Shown: positions 36,728 through 48,603 of the stretch, piece after piece | How positions within the stretch are numbered: the stretch's first letter is position 1 | Layout: each line of letters starts with the position of its first letter | Sequence record: NC_041919.1 | Length of the DNA stretch: 64,000 nt | Direction: 5' to 3' (one strand) | From: Escherichia phage HP3 | Program-made: the position numbers and the translations under genes | Notes under the pieces: generated by a model | Seen by the model: the letters and a program-made list of their open reading frames with translations, nothing else | The model's database searches: none | Told to the model about the DNA's origin: nothing

Positions 36728-38278
36728 TTAGTAATGAACTTTAATAATATAGTTTAATGATATATTCCATGGTCTAGTTTCATAACCAATTAATCCTTCA
36801 CGATTAAGTGTACCATGAGCATCTCTCGGTCCACCTAATTCAAATCCATCATTAGTGAAGTATGAAGCATTATCCCAGTCGGAATATTTTCTAGTTCCAA
36901 GATATCCTTGATAAACTGACGCGCCAAATGGGCCTTCACTTCTGTTATATTCACCCCAACCACCAGCATGTTTATGGTATGACATTTGTTGTGCCTGAAC
37001 ACCACCAACATGCATTCCGTCACATCCTACGCCCAGTCTATCCTTTCCATAGCCATCTTGTCCACGTTGATTTAAAATATGACCGCCTGTGCCGGCTCCT
37101 CTGACGAAAAGACCCCGCATATCAGGAACGCCAGGATTATTCCAATCGCCACCAAATCTTGTTCCAACTACGTTTCTATAATCAGGAAATTGGTCACCTG
37201 ACACGGTTCCACCATGACACATAATCCAACCTGGAGGTGCTGAATCACCCGCAAACATCATAATAGTTCCAACCGGAACTCGTTCGGACGCATATCTTTC
37301 AGTGGCAACAGGTTGATCGCCATTTTTCCACATTCCACCGCGTGACCAAATTCCATTTGCTGTAAGATGGTCTAAATTTAAAGAACCATTAATAGTTTGT
37401 CCACCACGAGTATTAATTACATCTGCGTTCCATGCTAATGCTCCAGAGCTATCACCTTCAGGGGCAATACCGGCTTGCGTCGTTAATTTAACTACTCCAC
37501 GCATAGAACCGGTAGCTCCTCGACCATTTAGTGTTTCACCTGTTACTGCAACACCACCCAAATTATTATTAATTTCAGTCTGCGTTCCTAGGCGTATAAC
37601 ACCCTTATATTCATGTGTTGCAACAGAATTCATAAAGGTATACGGGGAAATTGCATATCCTTCGCGGAGAGTTCCTTGACGAATTTGTGCAACAGTAGAT
37701 AATTGAACTACTCCTCTCACCGATTCTGTTGCAGTGTCTTCTGAAGGAGCTATTTGCGAAATTAATTTTATTGCAAGTTTTTGGGTTTTTAGCGGAGTCA
37801 TCGCAGTAGTATCATCAACTCCAGCCAAAGCTGCAGGTGTAGATGATATTTTAATAACCCCGTTTGATGACTCAGACGAATATCTATTTTTGAACACATC
37901 GTCAGTGTGGTATTTCAGTTTTTGTGGTGTTATTGATGAATTATTATCTGAGCCTTTTAATGTTTCTTCATTTGTTGAATAACGCGTTAAACCATATTTA
38001 GTTTCAGTAGCATTTGGATACAATAATCTTGTTGCTAATGTAGCTGGTGTAACGATTTTAGAATTATTAGTTCCATCTAAAACCTCTTGCTCTGACGCAA
38101 TCATTGCTATTCCTTTAACTTCCATAGTTGCATCAGGAATACCATTTACGCCGATATTACTTATTTTTGATAATGCAGACTGTACTGTCGTAACAGTGCC
38201 AGGAAAATTCGATCCAGTAGGATCGAATTTAACATATTTTGATTCATTTGATACGTGCTGATATGTATTGTTACTCAT
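36728..38278 (-). CDS. 12: short tail fibre protein (gp12)
   Basis: 516 aa (T4 gp12 527); synteny. Confidence 0.85.
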   Translation of the reverse strand: MSNNTYQHVSNESKYVKFDPTGSNFPGTVTTVQSALSKISNIGVNGIPDATMEVKGIAMIASEQEVLDGTNNSKIVTPATLATRLLYPNATETKYGLTRYSTNEETLKGSDNNSSITPQKLKYHTDDVFKNRYSSESSNGVIKISSTPAALAGVDDTTAMTPLKTQKLAIKLISQIAPSEDTATESVRGVVQLSTVAQIRQGTLREGYAISPYTFMNSVATHEYKGVIRLGTQTEINNNLGGVAVTGETLNGRGATGSMRGVVKLTTQAGIAPEGDSSGALAWNADVINTRGGQTINGSLNLDHLTANGIWSRGGMWKNGDQPVATERYASERVPVGTIMMFAGDSAPPGWIMCHGGTVSGDQFPDYRNVVGTRFGGDWNNPGVPDMRGLFVRGAGTGGHILNQRGQDGYGKDRLGVGCDGMHVGGVQAQQMSYHKHAGGWGEYNRSEGPFGASVYQGYLGTRKYSDWDNASYFTNDGFELGGPRDAHGTLNREGLIGYETRPWNISLNYIIKVHY

Positions 38279-38934
38279 GCTACTCTCTCAAAATAATAAA
38301 ATACTGTAGGTTGTGTGTGACTATCTAGCGTAACAGTTTGCGCACCTAATAATTGCCAAGTTCCATACCCAGGTTTAGAAGGAGAAATTATTTCCTGTTT
38401 GAAAGTAATTCCTTTATCAGAGTATTGTTCTAAGATATGTTCTTGGTTATCTAAATACTTAACTTGTATTTTATTTCCTATGGTAGGATGGTCTTCAAAT
38501 GAATCAATTGCAATAAATTTTACAACCATTTCCTGTAGAGCTATTCTAACGGCACTAGTAAATTCAATTGAAGTCATTCCATTAGTAGCTTTAACTGGAA
38601 TACCAAACATGTTAACAATAACTGGGTCACCTGATTTGACTGAAGTATCAGTAACAGTTCCTTCAAATGACCAATAGTCGGTTTGTTGCACGCCAGTAGG
38701 AGATACGCCGCTTATATTAACTAATACAGCTCCAACCGGTTGCTCTGCCATATTTCTAACATCATTGATAGCAGATTCTACATTCGGGTCATAAAAACCT
38801 TTTGCTATTTGTGAAATTGTTACAGCGCCTACTGGCTGATTATTCATAACCGAAATATCATTTTTCTTAGTTCTAAAACCAAGAAAATCTGCTAAGCGGG
38901 AAATAACTCCCGCTTTATTATTAAGTAAACTCAT
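38275..38934 (-). CDS. 11: baseplate wedge / short-fibre attachment protein (gp11)
   Basis: track ORF is 225 aa; T4 gp11 (219 aa) begins [20 protein letters not shown], so the start is likely the ATG at 38934. Confidence 0.85.
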   Translation of the reverse strand: MSLLNNKAGVISRLADFLGFRTKKNDISVMNNQPVGAVTISQIAKGFYDPNVESAINDVRNMAEQPVGAVLVNISGVSPTGVQQTDYWSFEGTVTDTSVKSGDPVIVNMFGIPVKATNGMTSIEFTSAVRIALQEMVVKFIAIDSFEDHPTIGNKIQVKYLDNQEHILEQYSDKGITFKQEIISPSKPGYGTWQLLGAQTVTLDSHTQPTVFYYFERVA

Positions 38935-40739
38935 TATGCAATCCTTATCCAACGGTATACAGTAATAGACGGTTGAATATTACTAATATTAGTAGGAGGA
39001 GTATGTGAAGAGTTTGTTGTTGCGTAGTCTTCACGATATTTTGTATATATAGGACCAGTTTCGTCTGGGTCATATTGACAACCTCCAATAATAACTGATC
39101 CGTTTTCATCTTCAATTAAAACTTTTTCATCAGTTTTAGTCGCAGGAAGATTTGCGTTCTCAAGTGTCACCGATGTTGTTCCAACTGTTCCACCGGCAGT
39201 ATGTGAAGGATTTCCGCTAGAATCTAAATCATTATTGTTTAAAGCAAAGTTTGGATCCGTAACATCATCATTCCATCCTACTAAAACTTGTCCTTTACCA
39301 AATAATTTCCATGAACCAAATCCCATATAAGTCACCGGATTATTTGGATTTATAGCATTTTCATAAATTGAACCTACAGGATAAATGCTATCGAAAATAG
39401 ATGATATTGAATTATACGTTCTAGTATAAGAATCAACTTTTTCAACATTTGGCCAACCGATTTTATCAAAATCTGTTAAGGCTACATCACCAGTAACTTC
39501 GGTAGATGATCCTTTACTAACATAACGGTCATCCGTTAATTCAATGATGTCATCTTTTTCTAAAAGAGTTCCTAAATCATTATTGAACCACGTTATAACG
39601 ATTATATCACCTGATTCAAATTTTCTATCAAATAAAAGACTAACAGGTTTTCCATCTTCATATTCTATAGAATAATCTGTGTTAGATTCTTTCCATTCAC
39701 CACCAAGAGATATACATCCTGCTTGCGTATCTGAGTTAGCACCTTCACACAAAAACAGAGGATATCCTGCTGTTCCAGCTTGTTGTTGTAAAATTCCATT
39801 AAAACGAACTTCAAGAGAATTAGGATTAATAGGTTCTCCAGGAATTAATCCAAATGCAGAGAATGGAATTGATTTCATTGTTGATAAATCAGTAACGTAA
39901 ATACTTCCTTCTAAAGAAGTTTTTGACGTTAATTTTGAATCTAATACTTTTATTTGGCGTCTTGTATATGAACTTCTCCATTGTGATATACCATCCATAA
40001 ATGTTTCAATTTGAACAGTGTCACCAATATTACAAGGCTGTCTTAACCTAATATTAAATCCATCAAGAGGAATCAATTCTCCTTCATTTTCCCCAGGAGA
40101 GCCAAAGTCACTGTTTTCACTAAATACATCGCCGTAATATAATTCATTACCACGGTGTTTTACTCGGATGTTATTAACATTATAGCTAGTTCCGCGGAAA
40201 ACATCTAAAAAGTCTGTTTGTCCTTGAACTTCGACTAAAAATTCTTTACGTGCTACATTACTAATATCTGAACTAATAATTTTGTCAATTTGTTTGTTTT
40301 TGACATATTCCCAACGTCCTGGAGCACAATAAACGAGCTCTAAATCACTAAATTGAATATTAATTTCAACTGACGATGACGACCCTTTAATTGTATCCCC
40401 AGAAGCAGCTACTAAAGTAACTGGATTAATGTTCCATGTTGCAAATACATCCCTAGCTCTAATTACTTTATTATAATCATTAACAGTTCCTTTAGGAAGT
40501 TGTAAAGTTACTCTTCCAGAAGAGGTATTAATAGCGTATGATTTTCCCCACTTAGCTTTTAATGTTTGACCGGATGAAGCATTATAAGTTTTCCAGGCAC
40601 CGGCTGAATATGGAACATCTCCATCGCCAAGTTCATAATAAAGTTCATCAAAGTTTTCATTTATTTTTATACCACCTTTACGCAGGTAGTCACCGGTACC
40701 ATCATCAACAACATTACCGATATTAATATTTTGTTTCAT
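38934..40739 (-). CDS. 10: baseplate wedge protein (gp10)
   Basis: 601 aa (T4 gp10 602). Confidence 0.85.
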   Translation of the reverse strand: MKQNINIGNVVDDGTGDYLRKGGIKINENFDELYYELGDGDVPYSAGAWKTYNASSGQTLKAKWGKSYAINTSSGRVTLQLPKGTVNDYNKVIRARDVFATWNINPVTLVAASGDTIKGSSSSVEINIQFSDLELVYCAPGRWEYVKNKQIDKIISSDISNVARKEFLVEVQGQTDFLDVFRGTSYNVNNIRVKHRGNELYYGDVFSENSDFGSPGENEGELIPLDGFNIRLRQPCNIGDTVQIETFMDGISQWRSSYTRRQIKVLDSKLTSKTSLEGSIYVTDLSTMKSIPFSAFGLIPGEPINPNSLEVRFNGILQQQAGTAGYPLFLCEGANSDTQAGCISLGGEWKESNTDYSIEYEDGKPVSLLFDRKFESGDIIVITWFNNDLGTLLEKDDIIELTDDRYVSKGSSTEVTGDVALTDFDKIGWPNVEKVDSYTRTYNSISSIFDSIYPVGSIYENAINPNNPVTYMGFGSWKLFGKGQVLVGWNDDVTDPNFALNNNDLDSSGNPSHTAGGTVGTTSVTLENANLPATKTDEKVLIEDENGSVIIGGCQYDPDETGPIYTKYREDYATTNSSHTPPTNISNIQPSITVYRWIRIA

Positions 40740-41605
40740 TATTGAGCCACCCCGATTTTCTGCGTAGCGATAACTTTAACTGCTGCTCTCATACCGACAG
40801 TTGAAGAACTTATAGTTGCCGTTACATAATTTTCTTTAATACTAAATGCAATATTAGCGATTTCGTCTTCTTCTGTTTCATTTCCAACCCGCATGACAGC
40901 ATATTCAGAAGAAATGACCGCTGAATTAACAGTATCTACAAGAATATTTATTTCTGCCGTTTTAATTTTTCTTCCATCTACTGATTGGCATGTAACTAAC
41001 AATTTAGCCATGTTATATTCAGTACGATGAAACAATGGAATGTCAACTGACCCAGATGTAGAAATATTCCATGTACCTTCGGCCGGTGATTCCTTTTGAC
41101 CAAACATACTTTCAATAGAATAATTCCAAACCGACGTAGAATTATCAGATGAAATACAACGTAAAGTAACTTTACTATATGGACTAGTTACTACTAAATT
41201 ACCTGAAACGCCTTTAATTGAATCAATAGCCTGAATCGTTAAAGGATTAGTAACTGATATTGATCCATTAGAGTTAATGAATTCAACACAATCGCCAAGT
41301 TCTCCTCTTTCAATAATAACTTTAACACCTACAGTAGAGGTATCAATATCATGTCTAGTGCCAACTTTCACTGGAGTTGCGTACTCCGCGATAGAGTGCT
41401 TTTGATAATATCCAGTAGCATGGATAATTTGACCATCTGCTCCAGTGCCATTTGCTACTGCCATTTTACGCTGATCGCCAAACGCATTATAAATTGCGTT
41501 AAAATCACTATTAATTTTATTACCACCGTCGAATAAGATATCACCAGTAGAAGCGTTACCAATTTCGCCGGTATCAATCAATTTCTTTGGTTCTTGAATG
41601 AACAT
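40739..41605 (-). CDS. 9: baseplate wedge / long-fibre socket protein (gp9)
   Basis: 288 aa, same as T4 gp9. Confidence 0.85.
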   Translation of the reverse strand: MFIQEPKKLIDTGEIGNASTGDILFDGGNKINSDFNAIYNAFGDQRKMAVANGTGADGQIIHATGYYQKHSIAEYATPVKVGTRHDIDTSTVGVKVIIERGELGDCVEFINSNGSISVTNPLTIQAIDSIKGVSGNLVVTSPYSKVTLRCISSDNSTSVWNYSIESMFGQKESPAEGTWNISTSGSVDIPLFHRTEYNMAKLLVTCQSVDGRKIKTAEINILVDTVNSAVISSEYAVMRVGNETEEDEIANIAFSIKENYVTATISSSTVGMRAAVKVIATQKIGVAQ

Positions 41606-41630
41606 AGCGGTTTCCTTATGAGTTTATAGT

Positions 41631-41638
41631 ATTTATAA
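41631..41638 (-). promoter_or_regulatory. late promoter box for gene 9
   Basis: plus-strand tatttata about 26 nt upstream of the gene 9 start. Confidence 0.45.
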
Positions 41639-41646
41639 AGAAAAAG

Positions 41647-41664
41647 GGAGCCCATGGGCTCCCT
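41647..41664 (-). terminator. hairpin gggagcccatgggctccc after gene 8
   Basis: perfect 7-bp GC stem in the 8-9 intergenic region. Confidence 0.5.
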
Positions 41665-41668
41665 TAAT

Positions 41669-42673
41669 TTAAAATGTAAACAGAATATTGATTTCTTCTG
41701 TCTGATCCATTGCCATGATAATAGGTGGCCTATTTTCCATATAAATCATTTCGCCCGAATGCCTCATTAAATCTTCTGGATCATAATAATCCTTTTCAGC
41801 TTTAACATTTGGGTCATTTGGATGAGCTTTAGCTTCAAGAGGATTTGTGATTATTGATATTTGTCTAAATCCTTTATTTCCTGGCAATGCAGCATCAGGA
41901 AAGTAAACTGAATCTAAATATGCTTTAAAACGGATAGTATTTGCCTTAACCCGGTAAATTAATCCAAAATCATCTTGTTGCCAAGTGAGATTATCTTCAT
42001 ACCCCCATCTAGTTGGGTCTTCTTTTAATTCCTCAGGCCAAGGAACTACGATATATTCATTTGTGCATCTATTTATAGATACATCGGGCGGAATCTCAAA
42101 AAGATATTCCCAAACATATCCGTCTCCAGGTTCGATTGTTCCTTCCGCATCTCCTCGACCTTCAGGAGGAGTCATTGACCTAACAGAAGGAGTCCATTTT
42201 CCGCCTAATTTGAGGCATTCATCCTTATTAGTTAAAGATGCTATTGAACACATTCCGGTATCAGGAACATCTAAACAACGATATACTAACCAGCCTGCGC
42301 CTGATTCAGTAGCGTTGTAAGGAGCTGAGTTACACACTACAATATCGTTAATTCTAAATGTGTATGGATCCGGATATCTAGTATCTCCCCAATCTCTGCG
42401 AGGAATAACAGCATCAAGCATTGATGGAAGAACTTTTACTGTTCCCATCATATGCGTCCACATGTCAGTTACGCCTAATACAGAATCGGTTGGATAAGGT
42501 GGGGCAAAGCCCACCTCATTTTCATTTGATGACCACGGTTCTGATCTTCCAAATGTGATAAAGATAGTGTTTTTATCCGGACCACTTCCAATTGAATTAT
42601 AAAAATTCAGCATTTTTTCTGTTCTAAATTTTGAAGTAACTATCGCACGATAGATAACACTTGAATCATTCAT
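41669..42673 (-). CDS. 8: baseplate wedge protein (gp8)
   Basis: 334 aa, same as T4 gp8. Confidence 0.85.
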   Translation of the reverse strand: MNDSSVIYRAIVTSKFRTEKMLNFYNSIGSGPDKNTIFITFGRSEPWSSNENEVGFAPPYPTDSVLGVTDMWTHMMGTVKVLPSMLDAVIPRRDWGDTRYPDPYTFRINDIVVCNSAPYNATESGAGWLVYRCLDVPDTGMCSIASLTNKDECLKLGGKWTPSVRSMTPPEGRGDAEGTIEPGDGYVWEYLFEIPPDVSINRCTNEYIVVPWPEELKEDPTRWGYEDNLTWQQDDFGLIYRVKANTIRFKAYLDSVYFPDAALPGNKGFRQISIITNPLEAKAHPNDPNVKAEKDYYDPEDLMRHSGEMIYMENRPPIIMAMDQTEEINILFTF

Positions 42674-45600
42674 CTATTTTAACCTGTGTTGGATTTTCAG
42701 GGTCTCTTGGATTTCCTATATTATCTTTTAGACGTTTATTAACTAAATCCCTAAATTGCGCAAATGTTGTTCCAGAAGCATCAAATAGGGGACTCATTAA
42801 TTTACGTCGTTCAGACGGCAATTGACCTTGAAATATTGAATTATTATTTTCAGCATTATAGTCATCAGGAAGAGGATATTCTACACCAGCCATTGGGCCA
42901 GGCTCATAAATTGCTTCGCCTGTTACTGAATCATACTCAATTTCACCGGTTGGAGTTAATTTAGCTACTCTATCAGCATATTCAGTAGGCAATCCAGAAT
43001 CCCATTTATAGTTTTTGTATTTATTAATTATAGTCTCTGTATGTTTAAGAGTTAAACCAACATTAATAAACATCGTTAAAAGGGTAATTGCTATAAATCC
43101 AAATCCTACTGGATGAACAAAACGAATAACGTCAGATTTCCAGCGGGAAGAAGGTAAATTGGATTTAATTTTCATTACATAGTATGATCTACTTCTATTA
43201 ATATAGTCTATATTGTTTTGAAGCAAATCCTTTCCTTTAACTCCACGAATAATTTCGCCTTCAAAACTAGGGAGTCTTTCTGCTTTAACTTCTTGACCAG
43301 CAATTAATCTTCCCAAAAGATTATGAATAGTTACGGTCCATTGCAATTTACCATTAGAATAACTTCTTTCTATATAAGTAACATTACATCTTCCTGTGGC
43401 TGTATAAATCGTTTGTCCTACTAAATCTTCAGTCAAAGAATCAGATTGAACGATTATGTCATATTCAGTACCAGCCCCAGATTCAATTTCAATTTCAACT
43501 TCTTCATTATAAAGAACTTTAAAAAGAAATTTGTATGATGCTTCAATTCCTTTAGTAGAATAAAAATCATAACTACGTGATTCAAAAAATCTTGCAACAG
43601 CATCACGTTTGTCAGCATTTAAATAAATGTTTCTTTTATATATCTCTGACCACAAATATTCCCACGCATGCTCTTCTCGTGGATACTGATTACGAATTAA
43701 ATTTCGTAAATTATTATACTGAGTTCCGTATCCGTCAGAAAGATATTGAATATATGCTTCACAAAATGCCTCAAAATTCGAATCCTGCAACAAATAAGAA
43801 TCAGGCATCATTGTGCCAATTAATGGTCTTAAATCAGGGTCAGCTAATCCATGCTCTTCTTCTGGCGACCAAGGAGTCTCATGCTCTTGGTTTTGTAAAA
43901 ATGCTTTTAAAAATACTCCAGTCGGCTTCCAAATAATTTCTACTGTATCTCTCACACGATAGTTAAAATCATAATAAGAAATTATTTCACCAGAAGATTT
44001 ATAAAAAAGCATCCCAGACGCATATTTTTTAAATCCCGTGAATTTAACATTTGGCATTACTATCGTACAATCACCATCATCCCAGTATTCATGAACTAAT
44101 CTATCTGGTGATGTTTCCGGAATATTTTCTATAACTTTAGTGTATTTTAAATCAGCATAAACTACTACAGCTCTATTAGAGTTGTTTATCCAGCACCGTG
44201 TATTAGACTTTTTAGACCAGTTAAAGAATGGTTCTGCATAGTATTTCATTGGCTGAGGCGTAAAAGTTTCCCAATCAGACTTTTCATCTGCTATAAATGC
44301 CATCATATGATAATGCTTATCAGCTAACCATTCACGAGGAAATTCATATTTAACGGCACCGATTAACTGATATTTTGCTACAGTTTCAGGGTCATTAACA
44401 ACGTTATCATTTAAAAATTTAAAATTACTCGAAGATAGAGAAACTAATTTACCATCAGTTGACATATTCGCATACCCAGGTTGAATACGTCTTCTTTCTT
44501 CTTCAGTGTTGCCAAAAACTCTTTTCCACGTTTTTGTGTCATGATTTAAAACATATATTCCTTTATCAGCAGAATCAATTATTTTTGACGTTCTAGGATT
44601 AGCATTTAATGTTTCAACTTCACCGATAATAAGAGCAAAAACTTTATCACCAATAGAATCCATTTTATAGCATACTGCTTTAGGATTTCCAGTTATAGTC
44701 ATTGTATCAGGTTCAAATAGCCTTTCTGAATATGTTGGAGATAATGGATCAGAATCTATAGGTGCATTGCTCGTTTTTATATATCTAACTTTATCTCTGG
44801 CAACAACATAGATATAATCATCCGTACAAGTAATGGCTTCAGCTATACGATATACATTCGCTGGTAAAGTCGCATAAGTACCAAAGATTTCTACATCAAA
44901 TCCTAAATGTAACTGGTCGCCAAGTTTAGCAAATGTTATATCCTGCGAACTGAATCTGACATCATCTGCTGACCATCTAACGTCAGTCGATTTACGGCCA
45001 TAGAAAATCTTGTCGTATCCTAGAACGTATGTTGTGTTCGCAGATTGGTAATATACTGTCTTAGATAAAGGATATCCTACACGGTCATTGAAGAGCTTTA
45101 CGGCTTTCCAGGTTTGTCCTTTATCATTGGATACTTTAACTACAGGTTGATAGCGCTCAAAAAGATATAGAATTCCTTCTGATTCCATCAAATAAACTCG
45201 GTTAATATCCTTACATACTTGCTGAATAGAACCTTGTATTTCATGATACTCATTTTCACCAATAATAAAATTACTTATTGATGAAACATCAACATACGAT
45301 GGGCTGAATTGAAATGATTCATTCATCAATGCAGCCATTATAGTGTCATTATTAAAATTGACATAATTAGAATTGTTAAGAGTAAACTTTTCCTGAATGA
45401 ATTTATTGGCTAATTGCATTTCAATCATGTTTTGAAATGTGTAAGCATTCGTAGCAAAAGTTTCAAACTCTTCCGTATAAACCCAATCAGATTGCTCAAA
45501 ATCTTGTGCAGCTGTAGCTACTCTAATGATGTATGATGTTAGTGGATCAGCATCATCAAAAAAGAAACTATTGTTTGCTGTATATCCTAAATTAATCCAA

Positions 45601-45764
45601 CGATATTGATCACTCGGGAGATTTTCCCCCGAGTCTGTTTTTGTCTCAGCGATTTCTACAAAATAGTAGAAATTAGCACCAACGTCATCCCAGCGTACTT
45701 GCATCTGATTTGCGGATAACTTGGAAATTCTGAGACTAGTGACTGAAGGTGCTTTTACTGTCAT
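42666..45764 (-). CDS. 7: baseplate wedge protein (gp7)
   Basis: 1032 aa, same as T4 gp7. Confidence 0.9.
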   Translation of the reverse strand: MTVKAPSVTSLRISKLSANQMQVRWDDVGANFYYFVEIAETKTDSGENLPSDQYRWINLGYTANNSFFFDDADPLTSYIIRVATAAQDFEQSDWVYTEEFETFATNAYTFQNMIEMQLANKFIQEKFTLNNSNYVNFNNDTIMAALMNESFQFSPSYVDVSSISNFIIGENEYHEIQGSIQQVCKDINRVYLMESEGILYLFERYQPVVKVSNDKGQTWKAVKLFNDRVGYPLSKTVYYQSANTTYVLGYDKIFYGRKSTDVRWSADDVRFSSQDITFAKLGDQLHLGFDVEIFGTYATLPANVYRIAEAITCTDDYIYVVARDKVRYIKTSNAPIDSDPLSPTYSERLFEPDTMTITGNPKAVCYKMDSIGDKVFALIIGEVETLNANPRTSKIIDSADKGIYVLNHDTKTWKRVFGNTEEERRRIQPGYANMSTDGKLVSLSSSNFKFLNDNVVNDPETVAKYQLIGAVKYEFPREWLADKHYHMMAFIADEKSDWETFTPQPMKYYAEPFFNWSKKSNTRCWINNSNRAVVVYADLKYTKVIENIPETSPDRLVHEYWDDGDCTIVMPNVKFTGFKKYASGMLFYKSSGEIISYYDFNYRVRDTVEIIWKPTGVFLKAFLQNQEHETPWSPEEEHGLADPDLRPLIGTMMPDSYLLQDSNFEAFCEAYIQYLSDGYGTQYNNLRNLIRNQYPREEHAWEYLWSEIYKRNIYLNADKRDAVARFFESRSYDFYSTKGIEASYKFLFKVLYNEEVEIEIESGAGTEYDIIVQSDSLTEDLVGQTIYTATGRCNVTYIERSYSNGKLQWTVTIHNLLGRLIAGQEVKAERLPSFEGEIIRGVKGKDLLQNNIDYINRSRSYYVMKIKSNLPSSRWKSDVIRFVHPVGFGFIAITLLTMFINVGLTLKHTETIINKYKNYKWDSGLPTEYADRVAKLTPTGEIEYDSVTGEAIYEPGPMAGVEYPLPDDYNAENNNSIFQGQLPSERRKLMSPLFDASGTTFAQFRDLVNKRLKDNIGNPRDPENPTQVKIDE

Positions 45765-47743
45765 TGTGATATAGGCTCCAAATCGATAGTTAAGTATTGC
45801 GGACGTAAATCATTTTCAAATACAATCAGTGAACCATCACGGGTAAAGATAACATCATCGGTTGGGTCAGAATATAATTCAATAGTCTGAACCTCAAATT
45901 TTTCAGATGTTAAATTAATTTTAGCGATATTCCAATAAATCATGTCAGCCGGATAATTTATTTCACCGATAACATAGTATTTGTCGCGTCCATCAGAATT
46001 TGCTAATTTATTAAAATCATTGCCTGTATATGGCTGAATGTTTTCATTTTCTGTAACATCGCCAGAAGCAAATGGACCAATAATAACTTTACCAATTCCT
46101 TTAGAATCTCGGTCTGTTGATACTATACGAACATCATATAATACATCTTCTTCTAAACCAGTATCAGGATTTACAACCTTTCGTCCAGAATTAAATGAAA
46201 ACGTATTAGATTCCATAGAACGATCTTTTATTTGATTATTGTATTTAATACCTGCTTCAGGTGTTTTATAGAAGTTTTGTACTTCACGAACCATTTGAAT
46301 AGTCGCTGATGAACCAATGACAGAATGATCTGCATCATCTACATAAGTTAACATCTTAGATTTAGCGAAAGACGAGTTAAAAATTTCTACATCTTCGGTA
46401 TAATAACGATCAATTTTATCAATTATTTGACCTTCGAGCCACTGTTCGGATTCTTGCAGCTTATTTAAAGCATATGTGACTTTTAAATTAGTCTTAATAA
46501 AAAGATAATTAGGAGAAATAATTGATGGCGTAATAGGAGCTAAATTATAGTCTTTGAGATAATTTTTAATATCTTCGCGCTGTACAGTAGTTAAATACAG
46601 ACCTGATTTAGGTTTAGCAGCAATAAATGCATAACCAGGTTTAGTAGAATCAGTGAAAGTCTGAACTGCTTGAATAATAGAACCAAATCTCTCTGAAACG
46701 AATGTATCATAGTCAGTCGCAGTTACGCAGCGTTGCTGGGTTTCGCGTTTAATAGTACCCAATTCGCGGATACGCTCAATATCTTCTGGATCACCGCCGC
46801 CATCTGCCCCAACAAAATCTGGGTCATCGTTTGGATTTTCATTAATATTGATGACAGTTATATTTGTTAATGTATCTGCGTATGAAAATCCGACTGCTCC
46901 GTTCGCGTCAGCACCATTAGTACTGATGTACTCAATAACAATCGTAGAGTTCTGAGTAGGTTTAAGACCTCCGATATAATTGGCAGTTAAAGCTCCTTCA
47001 GAAGCATTAACAGAAATTTCACCTTCACCAAAATAGAATTCAGTGTTTCCATCAATAGTTTCACGCATATAGTAAATCGTTGATGTTGAACCAGCATGAA
47101 CCATTGACTTTCTCGTCCAGTTAATCCATTCCGCTCCATCAACATATAATTTAACCTGGTTTCTATCAATATTTTTATCATAAATGATAATAGGTGTTAA
47201 TTTATCATAAATGATTTCAGTTCTTACTATACGTCCCTGGGCCAATTTTAAACGCGGAAAATATTGGTTATTTTTATCACGAATAGCAATAACGTCTTCG
47301 GTAGAAACGAAGTTATATGGATTAACAGAAGTATCTTTTGCATATGCTAAAAAGCGAGTTCCGCGAGGAATAGTAATGTAATTCCTATTCAATGCGTCGG
47401 TGCATGTTAACATAATTTCGGTCTGCGCAGCGGATTTTGAAGTAGGTAAATATCCGTTATCTTGTGCAGCTTGAACAACTGAACTTCGTAAGTTAGCAGT
47501 ACGCATAAAGCTTTCATACACAGCAGCATTACCAAACTGCTGAATGTACAATGTATTATAAGCCAAAAGGTCACACAGAACGTTTAATCTTGAGCCTTCA
47601 AAATCATAATCCAAAAATTCATTTTGGCCATTAAGCCATTCAATGAGGTTTTGTTTTATTTCAGCAAACGTACCCCCGACGAATATCTCGGGAATAGCAT
47701 TTGCTGTTCTTGTTAATTGATAATTTACAGGGGTATTTGCCAT
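45761..47743 (-). CDS. 6: baseplate wedge protein (gp6)
   Basis: 660 aa, same as T4 gp6. Confidence 0.9.
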   Translation of the reverse strand: MANTPVNYQLTRTANAIPEIFVGGTFAEIKQNLIEWLNGQNEFLDYDFEGSRLNVLCDLLAYNTLYIQQFGNAAVYESFMRTANLRSSVVQAAQDNGYLPTSKSAAQTEIMLTCTDALNRNYITIPRGTRFLAYAKDTSVNPYNFVSTEDVIAIRDKNNQYFPRLKLAQGRIVRTEIIYDKLTPIIIYDKNIDRNQVKLYVDGAEWINWTRKSMVHAGSTSTIYYMRETIDGNTEFYFGEGEISVNASEGALTANYIGGLKPTQNSTIVIEYISTNGADANGAVGFSYADTLTNITVININENPNDDPDFVGADGGGDPEDIERIRELGTIKRETQQRCVTATDYDTFVSERFGSIIQAVQTFTDSTKPGYAFIAAKPKSGLYLTTVQREDIKNYLKDYNLAPITPSIISPNYLFIKTNLKVTYALNKLQESEQWLEGQIIDKIDRYYTEDVEIFNSSFAKSKMLTYVDDADHSVIGSSATIQMVREVQNFYKTPEAGIKYNNQIKDRSMESNTFSFNSGRKVVNPDTGLEEDVLYDVRIVSTDRDSKGIGKVIIGPFASGDVTENENIQPYTGNDFNKLANSDGRDKYYVIGEINYPADMIYWNIAKINLTSEKFEVQTIELYSDPTDDVIFTRDGSLIVFENDLRPQYLTIDLEPISQ

Positions 47744-47751
47744 TTTAAATC

Positions 47752-48045
47752 CTATTTAATGAATACTTTAGATGATGCCTGAGCCACAGTATCACCGCAT
47801 GATATTGGATCAGCCATTTGAACCGCTTTCTTTCCAGTGACATATACCTTAGAAGTTCTAGGTTGTGTCACTCCGCCATGTGTTTCATATGGCTTTTTAA
47901 TTTCTGTATGTTCTGTAATTGGATCACCTGCTACGAGAACAGCAATTCCTCCAGTGAATACTTTACTTTGTGTAGCATTCACAACTGTTGGAGGCCATGC
48001 TTCATGGCCGGCAGTAACACACTTATCATAACTTAATCCTGACAT
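47752..48045 (-). CDS. 5.4: PAAR-repeat spike-tip protein (gp5.4)
   Basis: 97 aa, same as T4 gp5.4; position between genes 5 and 6. Confidence 0.8.
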
Positions 48046-48603
48046 CTATGACCTCTCATACACATAGCTTCTTAATTTATTAGCCCAACGACTCCAATTT
48101 CCAACTATAGTTTTAGTATAATTTTTAACGAGAGTTTTTCTTACTGGAGCAGGAGGATCTGTCGGTTCAGTAGTATCAGAAGATGACCTAGAATTACTGC
48201 CAGAACCTCCAGATTCACTTTGTTCTTGGTAGTCATATATTAATGTTACTTCGTAAGTGAATGTCTTCTGGAGGTTTTGAGGAGCTTTCCATAAATACAA
48301 CTGAGTATCAGAATCAGTAGGAAGTTCTTCCCATGAAGCAGCAGTTTTAAATTCATCGCCTAAACGATATTTCAACGCGTCATTTCCAAATCCAAACACA
48401 GATTCATATGTTCCGTATAAGCGATTTTCTTCTACTAAAACCCCAGGAGTTTCTTCGTAACTAGTTATATTTATAGATACTAACGTTTCACCTGTTTCTA
48501 ATTGAGCGGTAAAGGTGACGTCGATAGAAGAACCTTCCATGGATTCTCCTAAATCAGCGCTCATTGGAAGTATATTAGCCAATGTCAATCCTCGATCCAT
48601 CAA
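48046..48603 (-). CDS. hypothetical protein (gp5.1-like position)
   Basis: 185-aa ORF overlapping the gene 5 3' end by 29 nt; the true start may be an internal Met (MSADLGES). Confidence 0.55.
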